In this document: piece after piece, positions 11,401 through 22,500 of the stretch
How positions within the stretch are numbered: the stretch's first letter is position 1
Layout: each line of letters begins with the position of its first letter
IMG/VR virus record: IMGVR_UViG_3300007962_000012
Span: 1-31,392 of that record
Origin: a virus
Taxonomy: Duplodnaviria > Caudoviricetes
DNA: 31,392 nucleotides
Direction: 5' to 3' (one strand)
Notes under the pieces: generated by a model
The model's database searches: none
Seen by the model: only the letters and a program-made list of their open reading frames with translations
What the model was told of the DNA's origin: nothing
Program-made: the position numbers and the translations under genes

Positions 11401-12681
11401 GGTTCTAATTTTCAAGCAACAACTTTTCCAGAAAGCATAACTAGCAATGATATTATAGGCTTTGGTTTTAACTTTTTAAAAGGAGATGGGCAAATTGCTC
11501 CAGCTTCTGCGGTTACATTGAACTCTATAACTATAACCGATGGAGCGGGTACTGCTTTATCTTCTACACTTTTTACAATAACGAAAAACGCAAGCCAGAC
11601 TTCTTTTCAAATAAAACCGACAAATACCGATTTCTTTTATAGTGATAGTATTTTACAATCACCTCTAACAGGTGTTTATAATATAACAGCAAATGTTACC
11701 TATGCTTCTAATCCAGCGGATAATATTGTTTTACCAAGCATAACATTAACAAATGTTGCTCCGGTAATAGACAACTTTCAACAGCCAACAGTTAGCGCAG
11801 CTGTAGGAACTATAATAACATTAGCTGGTAAAAACGGTAGTGCCGACGCAACAGTTAATACAACAGAGCTTAATTGGTCAATAGTTTCAATTAGTCCTGT
11901 AGAAACTCCTGCTAAAATTCAAATAAATGCAACAACAGGTGAATTATCTAATGATGCTATTTTAACAGACGCTACTGCTTACGACGTGACTGTTAAGACT
12001 ACTGATGCTGATGGAAACGGATTAGATAGCTTATCTGCTTCTGTGCAATTTCAAATTGGATCAGCAGCAGGTAATCGCGTAAATAAAGCCTTGTGTCAAG
12101 GATGGCAAGGATCAGCGTTTACAGGCTGTAATGAAAGTTTAGGTGTTGTTTTTGCAGGGTATAGTACACCTACATCAGTTCCTACAAGCTCAGTTACCGT
12201 TTTTAATAGCGGTACTAGCGGCACAAGTGTTGCATATACTGCTAATAATACATCCAATAGCTATAATGTTCTTGCAAAAAATCCTAGTTCGCCTGGAGAT
12301 TTTGGCCAACCTACAGTAACACATACTACAGGGGCTTTAGAACAAGGTACGTTATATATAACACCAACATTGACAAATAATGGCGGTACTACTTCGGATG
12401 ATGATACTGTTACTTTTACAATACAATTTAAAGGCGCTACAGGTGGATGGGTTCAAGCTGTTGACTCAAGTAGTAATGAAATTAGAAATATAACATTACA
12501 AGTAGGAAGTAACGCAACGGTAAGTAGCAAAAAAGTATTTGATACTCCTGGAGAATATAGGGTTTTAACAACTACTATAACAGGAGGTATGTGTAGTTTG
12601 GGTCAGACAGGTACATCATTGATAGTTAATTTTGGAGATGAAAACTATACTGGCCAATCTTGCTTTCCAGCTCCAGCGTAG
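8458..12681 (+). CDS. Tail nozzle/stabilisation-like protein with inserted beta domains and C-terminal Ig/cadherin-like extension
   Basis: 1407 aa. The N-terminus FLKGKMNQDLDSRILPNGEYREARN, together with LLFWTDNLNQPRKINI and GNRIVYGNY, resembles crAss-related stabilisation proteins. The C-terminus is T/S/G-rich and includes VTVKTTDADG. Confidence 0.65.
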   Translation: MAEIKNTFLKGKMNQDLDSRILPNGEYREARNLSISRSESSTVGEFENVLGNTAISSLTAIGASATTEIIGQLIDENSNVAYFLATDYDSPTEVRATAADNCYIVKVDLSVTVNTNPIILVQGFFLNFNKSFPVTGINLVEDLLFWTDNLNQPRKINIARALADATHYTNEDQISVAKYAPYEPILVMDRVNAVITSPDPAVSTTTIIIDDDADYALIKVGDIVTDKNKITNQQITGLVTVIGKPDPAATRALTLSSAITVTNGTAIDFSRPSMTNKRDFEMANHSSGAVTIDPIPAVGATNPITATYTIGQGLGDNDTSNFIYGGDNGIPRIGDLVSGDGISPDTRVASVSVVNQYSNPPNSSAPERFRTWQDITFTLNKTTTLASAGVISISDNPNYDAAWQGDEKLLEDKFIRFSYRFKFEDNEYSLMAPFSQVMFIPKQYSQFGGGAFSDEQDMDNTYKSTIVNWFENNINNILLKIPIPSTSVANTISELKITDVDILYKESDALAVKVLETVNLLTPTPIESSIDFYDAVNGNNTKHFIDYDYSSTKPYKTLPNNQITRVSDKVPIRALAQEIIGNRIVYGNYLDRHTGPNSIAFSAFASNKSTNFDNYTQFPKHQLKQDRTYQVGFVLSDKYGRQSDVILSSYDGVANIPGSTVFNPYNDITTQQQSPILDWLGNALNVTLYEAINPAYDPITGSPGVYNATTNPLGWYSYKIVVKQTQQEYYNVYLPGFVNGYPVIQNLSAERDTSFFTTLLGDNINKIPRDLSEVGPNDIDFTSSENIMIRVNNPRINNKTEANPPYLQDRAWNAQYYPGNIEQEIIQIGTVRDLEIQAIPFKANAIEGEYGESSILQAYNYFTAGDPSTGIESVNEIPEPTGAIPWGTTGPDATFYNGDSNPFIIKGSQSQNKNNPIGAYVTTLSVNEDNPAQSVLSMVPFLSVAETKPVESLLDIYWETSLSGNLATLNSLVSSQDSGLIGSNFQATTFPESITSNDIIGFGFNFLKGDGQIAPASAVTLNSITITDGAGTALSSTLFTITKNASQTSFQIKPTNTDFFYSDSILQSPLTGVYNITANVTYASNPADNIVLPSITLTNVAPVIDNFQQPTVSAAVGTIITLAGKNGSADATVNTTELNWSIVSISPVETPAKIQINATTGELSNDAILTDATAYDVTVKTTDADGNGLDSLSASVQFQIGSAAGNRVNKALCQGWQGSAFTGCNESLGVVFAGYSTPTSVPTSSVTVFNSGTSGTSVAYTANNTSNSYNVLAKNPSSPGDFGQPTVTHTTGALEQGTLYITPTLTNNGGTTSDDDTVTFTIQFKGATGGWVQAVDSSSNEIRNITLQVGSNATVSSKKVFDTPGEYRVLTTTITGGMCSLGQTGTSLIVNFGDENYTGQSCFPAPA

Positions 12682-12715
12682 GTAATAAATAGAAAAAACA
12701 AGTAATTAATATAAT

Positions 12716-14128
12716 ATGTCAATAACACTAGAAGTAGGGTACTTTAACTCATTTTATTTGAAGAGAATAGCTGATATACCGGTACCAGTGGGACCAACTA
12801 ATGTAGTTTCTTTACCTGATACTAGCTTAGTTCCATATCCTTGGGTGGCTCCATCTACTTCTATAGTAGAGGAAGATTGGTATATTGAAGAATCAAGAAT
12901 ACGGGGTGGTTATAACAATACTTCAACTGATCTAGGCGTAAAAGCATATATAGTAGAAGATAACGATGCACAACAACGAAGATCAAGTTCATTAATATAT
13001 TCTGGAATATTTAACTCTAGAACAGGTGTAAATCAATCTAATCAATTTAGCATTGCTGAGCAAATAACTAGAAGTGTTGATCCTATTAGCGGAAGCATAC
13101 AAAAGCTTTATGCTGAAGATACTAACTTAATTGTATTTCAAGAAGACAAAGTAAATAGAGCTTTAATAGATAAAGACGCTATATACTCTGCAGAAGGCGG
13201 AGCTATTACCACAAGTGCTAATTTAGTTATTGGTCAAATAATACCTTATGCTGGTGAATACGGTATATCTACAAACCCAGAATCATTTGCTGTTTACGGA
13301 TACCAAAAATACTTTACAGATAGAAACAGAAATGCTGTACTTAGGTTATCAATGGATGGCATTACTGAAATATCTAGCTACGGTATGGTTGATTTCTTTA
13401 GAGATAAGTTAGCAACTGTTAGTTCTACTGGTAAAATAGTAGGTGCTTACGATATATATAATAAAAACTATGTACTATCATTGCAATATGCAGGAGTTGA
13501 TTTACCAGATACATTAAGCTTTGAAGAAGCTACTAATGGTTGGGTGAGTTTTTATGATTACAAACCAACAACTGGATTTAGTTCTCAAGGTAAATTTTTT
13601 ACAACAAACGGAACATCTATTTGGGAACATTATGTTTTGCAAACAAAAGCTGCACCGCCTGCTCCAGTGCTTAGAAATTCATTCTATGGTGCTGCTAGCT
13701 TACCTTCAACATTGAAGTTTGTTATTAATCCAGATCCAACAAGGGTTAAAACGTTTAATACTGTTAATTACGAAGGAACAAACGGTTGGGAGATTACATC
13801 ATTAGTTTCTGATGCTACTGGATTTGATGCAAGAGGAGCTGGATGGGATGAAACAATAGATACTTCATCGAGAATATGGAGTTATGATGAAGGTCTTTAC
13901 ACAGAAAACGGTATACCTTATAGAGCTGGTTTTGATAGAAAACAAAACAGATATGTAGCCGCTATTAAAAATAATTCAACTCAACCTATAGATGGTCAAG
14001 TTTTGATTGGACCTGATAGCTCAGGTATAAAAGCTTACTACGCTACAGTAACCATAAAGACCGACACAACAACAGACCCGGGTAAATTAAAAGAGTTGTT
14101 TGCAGTAGGTGCAACATACGGAAGATAA
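12716..14128 (+). CDS. Second nozzle/stabilisation-like beta-propeller protein
   Basis: 470 aa. GSIQKL, YGISTNPESFA, YFTDRNRNAVLRLSMDG and GWVSFYDY resemble the C-terminal part of P22 gp10-like/crAss stabilisation proteins. Confidence 0.6.
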   Translation: MSITLEVGYFNSFYLKRIADIPVPVGPTNVVSLPDTSLVPYPWVAPSTSIVEEDWYIEESRIRGGYNNTSTDLGVKAYIVEDNDAQQRRSSSLIYSGIFNSRTGVNQSNQFSIAEQITRSVDPISGSIQKLYAEDTNLIVFQEDKVNRALIDKDAIYSAEGGAITTSANLVIGQIIPYAGEYGISTNPESFAVYGYQKYFTDRNRNAVLRLSMDGITEISSYGMVDFFRDKLATVSSTGKIVGAYDIYNKNYVLSLQYAGVDLPDTLSFEEATNGWVSFYDYKPTTGFSSQGKFFTTNGTSIWEHYVLQTKAAPPAPVLRNSFYGAASLPSTLKFVINPDPTRVKTFNTVNYEGTNGWEITSLVSDATGFDARGAGWDETIDTSSRIWSYDEGLYTENGIPYRAGFDRKQNRYVAAIKNNSTQPIDGQVLIGPDSSGIKAYYATVTIKTDTTTDPGKLKELFAVGATYGR

Positions 14129-14140
14129 AAAACAAACAAT

Positions 14141-15076
14141 ATGATAGAATTTTTAGAAATATTTTTCTTTGGACGAGGTGATGTTCAAATAGCTATAGCT
14201 CCTGTAGTTGGGGCTGCTTTAATATCTGGAGGAATTCAGGTTATAGGGTCTATATTTGGAAGCGGTCGAAGGAGAAGAGCTGAAAGAGCGGCACAGCAAA
14301 AACAAGCTAGGTTACAGAGAAAATTAAGTTCATTGGAAGCTAATAGGCAAGCTATAACTAATCCATATTCTGGTGTTAGTAATTTAAGCGGACTAGCTCA
14401 AGATCTTAGTTCAAACTTAACAAACCCTTATGCTAACTTAAGTGTAGCCACGCAGGCAGCTGAAATACAAATAGAGCAAGCTGATATATCTTTAGCAAAT
14501 ACATTAGACACCTTAAGGTCTACTGGCTCAGGCGCTGGAGGAGCAACTGCTTTAGCACAAGCCGCATTACAAAGTAAAAAAGGGGTTTCTGCTAGCATTG
14601 AACAACAAGAAGCAAATAATGAAAAGTTAAGAGCTCAAGGAGAACAGCAATTAGATAGAATGAGAATGCAAGAAGCAGCAAGGGTTCAAGGTATTCAAAT
14701 TTCCGAAGGGGGTAGAGTGCAAGGTTTAGAAGCAGCTGGAAAACAATTCATGTTTGGAGCTCAAGAAGAAAGAGAAATGCAACAGTTAGATAGGGTATCA
14801 GCGCAACTATCAGGTGCTCAAGCTAGTGGAATGCAAGCATCTGCTGATAGAAGAGCGAATCAAGCCGGATTAATAGGTGGTTTAGCTTCTCTTGGAGGTA
14901 GCTTAGTAACTGGCTTAGCGTCTCAACAAGCAAATCCATATAATAATTCTGCTTCATTAGATACTGGAAGTACAGCTTTTACAGATAGTTTAAGTGGAGG
15001 AATGTTTGACGTAAACACTGGTGGTGGTTTTAATAGTAATGTTGGTCAAATAGATTTTTCTAACTTGCCAAACTGA
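14141..15076 (+). CDS. Putative ejection (pilot) protein
   Basis: 311 aa with hydrophobic G/A-rich segments near both ends (IAPVVGAALISGGIQVIGSIFG; AGLIGGLASLGGSLVTGLA) flanking a Q/A-rich coiled coil. It is the first of three genes after the tail. Confidence 0.6.
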   Translation: MIEFLEIFFFGRGDVQIAIAPVVGAALISGGIQVIGSIFGSGRRRRAERAAQQKQARLQRKLSSLEANRQAITNPYSGVSNLSGLAQDLSSNLTNPYANLSVATQAAEIQIEQADISLANTLDTLRSTGSGAGGATALAQAALQSKKGVSASIEQQEANNEKLRAQGEQQLDRMRMQEAARVQGIQISEGGRVQGLEAAGKQFMFGAQEEREMQQLDRVSAQLSGAQASGMQASADRRANQAGLIGGLASLGGSLVTGLASQQANPYNNSASLDTGSTAFTDSLSGGMFDVNTGGGFNSNVGQIDFSNLPN

Positions 15077-15095
15077 TAAATAAAAAATACAAGAA

Positions 15096-16508
15096 ATGAG
15101 TTATAGAAATCCAACACAACATATAGACAGACAATCTGGGCAGATTGAGCAAAACTTGCAAAAAACCTTAGCTGGTATTGGAACAGGTGTTGTATCTAGC
15201 ATAAATAAAATACATGCTGATAACGCCGCTAAAACTGCTGCAATTAGAGCTGAAGCTGATAAAAGAGTTGCGGATGCTCAAAACTCTATAATGCAAACGC
15301 AGTCTAAAAATCCAACTGCAGATTTTGGTGATTTAGATGAACAATTAAATTTGATGAATCGTCTTTTAATGAAGGATCCAGCTAAAAGAACAGCTGAAGA
15401 AAAAACCTTTATTAACGGTATGGAAAACATAGGAGACAATATGGCTAACATGTTAAAGAATACTGCCATGTCTCAAGAAGCTATGATGGAGCAGATTAAT
15501 AAGATACCTGGTACTATGGGGGCTGTTGACCCTAAAGCTAACCCTGAGCAATATGCAAAGCTTTCAGTGTTAGCAAATCAAACAGAAGGAAGAACTAAAG
15601 CTAGGTATAAAACCAATAAAAACGGACAGATTGTTTTTTCTTTAGATGTTTATCAAAAAACAAAAGACGGGGAGAAGTTTGTAGGAAGTGTTATAAATGA
15701 CAATGTTGCAACCACTCAGATGCCTACTGTTGTGCCTAATATATCAAAAGATATTGCTCAAAATATACAAAACACTATTAATTTATTAGATCCAACAAGC
15801 GAATTATCGCCTGTTTTAAGTGAGGATAGAAAAGAAATACTATATCACCAAGACAAATTTGGTAGAAGAGTTGATCCTAAAAAATTTAGAAATCAATTAG
15901 AGGCGCAATCAGGAAGTACTTTATCACAGTTTACAGATAGAAAGATAGCATCGTTATACAATAACGTATTAAATCCAGGTGATACAGATTTTAGCTATGA
16001 CGCACCGTTGTCTAATGATCAAAAATTAAAAGCAAAAAAAGCTCTAGTAGATTATATGATGAAGCAACCTTCAGTTACTAAAGTCTTAGGTAACATTGTG
16101 GAATCAAAAATACCTACAAAGAAAGGTTCTACATATAAGCCTAGTGAACTAGAAAAAATGGCTACCAAAGTGAGCAAACAGTTTAATAAACTGCAAGAGT
16201 GGGACGGTAAAGGAAACCCAACCCCTACTGTTGTGCCTTCTTCTATAGTAAAAGGAATACAAGCTAGGTGGTTTGCTGGCGATGATACAGAAAGCAAAGG
16301 ATGGATGATAGAGCAAAAAAATGGAAACAAATGGGAACCTATAAGTAAAATTACAAATCCTACAGATTACGAAACTCTAGCTCTTGAGTTAGGGTATGAC
16401 TTTGCAGGGGGAAAAAATAAAAATGCTAAACCCGAAAGAACAGGACCAGTACAAATAGGATTTGCAGGACCTTCTCCTGAAATGGATTATTCACAATTTG
16501 AAGAGTAA
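15096..16508 (+). CDS. Putative ejection/internal virion protein
   Basis: 470 aa, mainly helical N-terminus, middle gene of the post-tail triad. Confidence 0.5.
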   Translation: MSYRNPTQHIDRQSGQIEQNLQKTLAGIGTGVVSSINKIHADNAAKTAAIRAEADKRVADAQNSIMQTQSKNPTADFGDLDEQLNLMNRLLMKDPAKRTAEEKTFINGMENIGDNMANMLKNTAMSQEAMMEQINKIPGTMGAVDPKANPEQYAKLSVLANQTEGRTKARYKTNKNGQIVFSLDVYQKTKDGEKFVGSVINDNVATTQMPTVVPNISKDIAQNIQNTINLLDPTSELSPVLSEDRKEILYHQDKFGRRVDPKKFRNQLEAQSGSTLSQFTDRKIASLYNNVLNPGDTDFSYDAPLSNDQKLKAKKALVDYMMKQPSVTKVLGNIVESKIPTKKGSTYKPSELEKMATKVSKQFNKLQEWDGKGNPTPTVVPSSIVKGIQARWFAGDDTESKGWMIEQKNGNKWEPISKITNPTDYETLALELGYDFAGGKNKNAKPERTGPVQIGFAGPSPEMDYSQFEE

Positions 16509-16530
16509 GATAATTAAATAAAATAAAATT

Positions 16531-19500
16531 ATGCCAAGATATAAAGTAAACGAAAAGACTTATAATTTACCTGAAGATAAAGTCGAAGGGTTTTTGCAAA
16601 AATTTCCAGATGCTATAGCTATTGAAGACGAAGCGCAGGATTTTCCAACAAGTACTGTAGAGGATGCGGATGCAGTACAACAACCAATGACAGCATCACA
16701 AGCCGGGTATGTGGATCCAAAAGATACGGAATCTTCATCGGTAGTTGGTTTATCGGACTCTCGAATTGAAGACATAGAAAAAAACTTTAAAGTAGGATAT
16801 TATCATCCTGAGCAAAGAGAAGCTTATAAAAACTGGGAAGAAACAGGTGAGGTTGATGGTGCGTTATTACCTGATTTTGATGTAGATGATTATAAAAAAA
16901 CCGAAAGAGTTATAAATGACGATTTTAGAAAAGAAGTTGAAAGTATATATCAAGAATCCGCTAAAGGAGTTAAATTAGATAAATTTGGCTCTTTTGATTA
17001 TGATGATAAAGAGTCTATAGCTAATTTTAGAGATAGAGCAATAAATAAGCTTATAAAGGAAAATAAAACTATTCAAGATAAAATCCTACCACAAGCTGCA
17101 AGCCAAGCTAAATTTGAATTTGATTCTGTAAATGATAAGCTTAAAGAAAAATATGGAATAAACAGTAAAAACGTTAGTCAAGAAAATATAGACAATTATA
17201 CTAAGGAAGCTACCACACAATTCAACGCGTTGGTTAATTCGAAAGTAAACTCTACTCCTGAGTTTAAACAGATTATAACAGATTTTAATTCTGTAATGGA
17301 CGAAACAGGTAGAGTAAGTCTTGACGCTTTTACTAGGGGTAAAGACTGGGAATCTGGTATGATTCTTGAAAAAGCTATGGCAGGATCGCCAAACTCTATA
17401 GGTAATCTTGCTTTTAAATTTATACAGCAGACTTATGCTGGAGGAAAAGGAATAAAAGATGGACTAGACGAAGCGGGAGTGTATGGAGCTATACAAATGA
17501 ATGAAAGATTCATTTCTCAATTAGATTCTACAAAAGAAAAAGCAAAAAAACAAAAGTGGGATACTAATACGCAAGGTTGGTGGAGGCAATCAGATAATGA
17601 TCTTGCTAATGCCTTTAAATTTGTTAAAATAACTAATGAAAATCAAATAATTCCATCCGGTGTTACAAAAGGAAGTTTAAGTGACTACGAAAATAGCGTA
17701 AATAAAAAGACTGAAGCAGAAGATTTATCTATTAGAAAAAAATTAATAGACGTTGCTGATCAACAATTAGTCACGGCAGCTTATGGCGCTGATGAGTTTA
17801 AAAATTTTATGAAGGGAGACAACATGCTGGAAAATAGTGTCAGCATGATTGGAAAACAATTATTACCTCAAATGGCTATTGCGATTACTACCGCAGGGGT
17901 TGGTAATGCTATTCAAATGGGTAGCGGAATGTATGTTGACGGTATAAATAATAAAATTAGAGAAAAGTATGGGTTAACTGACGGAGAAGAAATAACTCAA
18001 GACATGCTTAAAAATGTTATTAGTGATGATAAATTTATTGATACTTTAGTTGCAAAATCTGTTGCTGGAGGGCTTTTAGCTGGTCAATTAGAAAGATTAG
18101 GGGCTGGTAAACTTTTAAGCAATCTTACAAACAAAGGAGCTGCTTCTATATTAAGAATGGGTGTTAAAAGATATGCTCAAAGAGTTGGCGGTCAAGTTAT
18201 AAGAAACTTTTCTAGCGGGGCTACCGAAGCTATAACGGAAGTTTTACAAGAAGTTATTTCAGTGGGAGTAGCTGACGGAAAGTTAGACAAAGAACAATTG
18301 TTTGAAGCAGGCGGTACAGGCTTTTTAGTATCAGCAATGACTGGTTTAGGCGGTAATGTTGTTACTCAAACTGTGCAGGAGGTTAAAACTTTAAATAGAG
18401 TGGTAGCCGGAAAGTTAAACCCTAAAAGTGCAGAAGCTTTTTTCAATACAAAAACAGCGGAAATAAACGATTTGCTTAAAAATGAAACTAAGCCGTCTAA
18501 AATAGAAGAACTTCAAGAAAAAAAGCAAGCCATACTAAATGCTAGAAATGCTAATTTAAAAATACCTTCTAACTTTTCAATTGTAACTAAAGAAAAAATA
18601 TTTGATTTAATTGAAGAAAAACAAGGTATTGAAAAAGAAATAGAAAATAAAGATACTGAATTAGTTAGAAATCAAACAAATAGGATTAAAGAGATCAACA
18701 CTGAATTAAACGTTATATCTAGTCTAGAAACGCAAATAAAAACAGTAGAAAAGCTAACTAAAGATGTAAAAGGGCTAACAATTGAATCTTTAGATAACGC
18801 TGAAGCTATAACTAATTTTATTGAAGAAAACAATATTGATGTAGATAGCAAAAAAGCATCTAATGAACAGGGCTTTATATATCAAAATCCTAAAACAGGT
18901 GAACAAACAATTGTAATAAACAAAGAAATTGCAGCAAAAGACCGAGCTGTTAATGTTGCTGCTCATGAATTTTTACATGGACTGATATTTCAAACGGTTA
19001 AGAACTCGCCTGAAACACAAATCGCTTTAGGTAAATCTTTAAATGAGTATATAAACAAAATAGATGTTAACCAAATTAAAGATAGCAACTTTGCAAAAAG
19101 ATTAGAAAGCTACAAAGATATGGATGAAGCTACTCAATCTGAGGAAGTTTTAACTTTATTTTCTGATGCTATTGCTACTGGAGATATACAGTTTAACGAA
19201 AGTGTTTTTACAAAAATTGGCGATGTAATTCGTAGAACTTTGCAGAACTTAGGTGTAAAGGTTAAATTTAATAACGGTAAAGATGTTTATAATTTTGTAA
19301 AAGATTATAATAAAAGCATTGAAAAAGGAAAATTAACTAAAGCTCAAAAAGCAGTTGGTAAAAAAGGCGCAAAAGGTGCATTAGTTTTAGAAAAAACAGT
19401 AGAAGCTGAGCCTGGTATTAAAGAAAGCAAACAATTAACACCAGAGCAAGATACTCAACTTAGATCTGATGTTGCTGAAATAAAAAAAGAAGCATCTGAA

Positions 19501-22500
19501 AGTGAAGCTTTGGCTAAAAAATTTAATAAAGATTTTATTAAAGGGGCTAAGCAAACAAGATTAGAGAATAAAGTACTAAATGAAATTAAACCTGTAGTAG
19601 AAAGAGTTATTACTAATAGAACAAAAGCATTATATGATCCTATTGTTGAAGATGCTAAAAAACTAGTTAGTAGAGAAATGTTTCAGGAATCTATGCGCTC
19701 TGATATTGAGACTATGGTTCTTAATGAATTTACAGGAAAACAAGATATTGAAAAATTTATAGTTAACAGAGGTTTTTTAAGAGCAAATAATTTAGCAGAA
19801 AGACTAGGTATTAAAAATGCTGAAGAAGGTATTGATAAAAATCTTGATACTGCTAAAACAATTCTTGTTGAAGAAACTGAACAACCAAAAACAGACAGGC
19901 CTAGATATAGAAATATATTAAAAAGTAATGTATTACCTACAGAAACAACGGCTAAAGTAAAAGATAAAGTATTAAAAACAGTTAGAACTTTAAAATCTAA
20001 ACTTAATACTAAAATATCTATAAATAAAACTGTAACTCCTTTAATTGCTGAAATTAAAGAAAATATGGGTAAACAAGCCGACATTGATTTTAAAAAAGCA
20101 ATGGGTGGTAAAAAAGATGGTCAGCTAAAAAGATTTCTAATAAAGAACAAAAAAGCTATATTAGAAAACATGACCACTACTTGGTTAGTAAAAGCTATGC
20201 CTGGAGCAATTCAAAAACAAGTTGATGGAAACTTCATTTCTGATTGGCAAGGTAAAAAGATTGATCGTGAAAAAACAACAACACAACAAGCTGGAAGAAC
20301 ATCGGGAGCAGAAATCGTTAGAAGACTTCCTAACGCATTTAAAAACTTAGATGATAAAACATACTTAGGATATGTAGTTGACGAGTCTGGAGCGCCTATA
20401 AGAGGCCGTAAAGAGTCATTAGCAAAAGCTATGGCTGAAGAATTATCTTTTGATATATTTGCAGCGGAAATACAAGACGAAAATTCAGAAATAAGCAGAG
20501 CGTTTGAAAGTAATCAAGAGGCTTTAGGGGAGGTTTTAAAAGATAATTTTGTAGCTGTATTAGAAAAGGATTTAGATAGAGGCACTGTAAAATTCTCTAT
20601 GTCCCTAAAAGAACGTAAAAACCTAATAAATGTAGCTATTTCTGAAGGTATAAATTCTCAGAAAATTAAAGATATAGCTATTAAAAACGGTATTCCAGAA
20701 AAAGAATTTAGTGCAGTATTGGAAAATATTATACACGAAGGTATATTGCAGAAAATGCAAGACGCTGAAGCCTCAAATCAAGGTCTTAAATACGAAGAGG
20801 CTTTAGAAGTTGTTTTAAATACATTTACTAGCTCTGATATAAAAGTAGAAAAAATTAAACGTAGAAAAGGAGATATTAGTATTAAAGGCGGAGGAAAAAC
20901 ATATAAAGTAGAAGTAAAACTTAATGATAAAGCTCAAATAGGTAGTATATCTACAGGTCTTTTTACAATAAAAGATGGTGTTATATCTTTAAAAGATTCT
21001 AATAATTTAAAAATAAATAGCAAATTAAGCGAAGAAAACAAAAAAGTATTTGTAGATTTTTTAAATAATAATAAAAAGTATTTAAATAATTTAGCTAAAG
21101 CTATTAATGAAGCAAACACTGAGTCTAGCGAAAAAGCTATTATAAATAAAAATGGTCATTTAAAATTACCTTACAGTGAATTTTGGGAAAACATAAAAGA
21201 TAAAATGCCTAATAATCAAGCTGGGCATGTTAGCTATGAAGGAAATCAATCTATAATAGAAGACTTTTACAAAGGTATAGACTTAATGCAAATAGGGGAT
21301 TATGGAGCTTATGCTATTGGTAATCAAAGTAAGCTTGCTGGATTTTATCAAAAATTAGAAGCCACTACAAACAATGTACTAAGGCCCGTAAGATCTGGTA
21401 CTACAGTTTATATGAGATTATTTCCTAACTTTAAGGAAATTAAAAATGAACGTAAAGATTCTTTAAGTACAGCTAAAGGTATATCTACATTAGCTAAAAC
21501 AATTAGAGCAGCAGTTGAATTGGATTACATTGAAACTGGGCAAAAAGCAATAAATAATGCAAATTCTAATACATATTCCAAGTTAAGCAAACGTTTAGAT
21601 GTTAAAGCAGAAGATATATCAGAATTAATAACTAGCAAAGCTAAAGCTGATTGGTTAATCAATAAAATAGCTGAAGGTTATAATGATTTTTATTTCATTG
21701 ACAATAAAATGAATGAAGTAAAAGCCGTTAAGGATGTTCTTAACACTTTCGATGTTAAAGGTAGGGTTCAACAAGCCAAAGTTAAATTTAGCAAATCCAT
21801 GAACACTACGTTTAATGAAATGCTGCAACGAAGTACAGGGATTGAAGCCGGTGAAACTATTGAAAGATCTATAGCTAGAAGACGAGGAGCTACTAAAGGT
21901 AAATTTAAGGTATGGATGCCATCATCATTGGATGATTTTAAAGGTTTAACTTCATATACGTTTGCAGGTAAAGGAAAACAAGGTGAGGCTGATCAAAAGT
22001 TTTTCCAGGATGCATTAATAACACCATACTTTAGAGGCATAAGAGCAATTGAGCAGTCTAGACAAGCGTTTAAGGACGACTTTAAGACACTTAATAAACA
22101 AATGAGGCCTGTATTAAAAAAGCTTGGTAAAATTGTGCCAGGGACTGAATTTACACATGATCAAGCAATAAGAGTCGCTCTTTGGACTGCGTCTGGATAT
22201 GATATACCAGGAATATCTGAAAGTGATATTAAAACTTTAGTTGATTTTGTGAATGACAATGCTGATTTAAGTGAATACGCTAGAAAACTACAATTAATAT
22301 CTAAAAGAAAAGAATGGAGCAAGCCTGGGGATTTTTGGGATGCAGAAACTATACTTTCAGATCTTAATAACTTAACTGAAAAAGTTGGTAGAAAAGAATA
22401 CTTAACAGAATTTATTGAAAATGTAGATATAATATTTAGCGAAGATAACTTAAATAAAGTAGAAGCTGGATACGGTGAAGCTCAAAAAGAGGCTTTAAAA

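Noticed and set aside
16873-16887. DFDVD in the giant protein, resembling the crAss RNA polymerase DFDID catalytic loop
   Set aside because: It lies at aa 115-119 in an acidic low-complexity N-terminus with no room for the preceding barrel, so it is likely chance.
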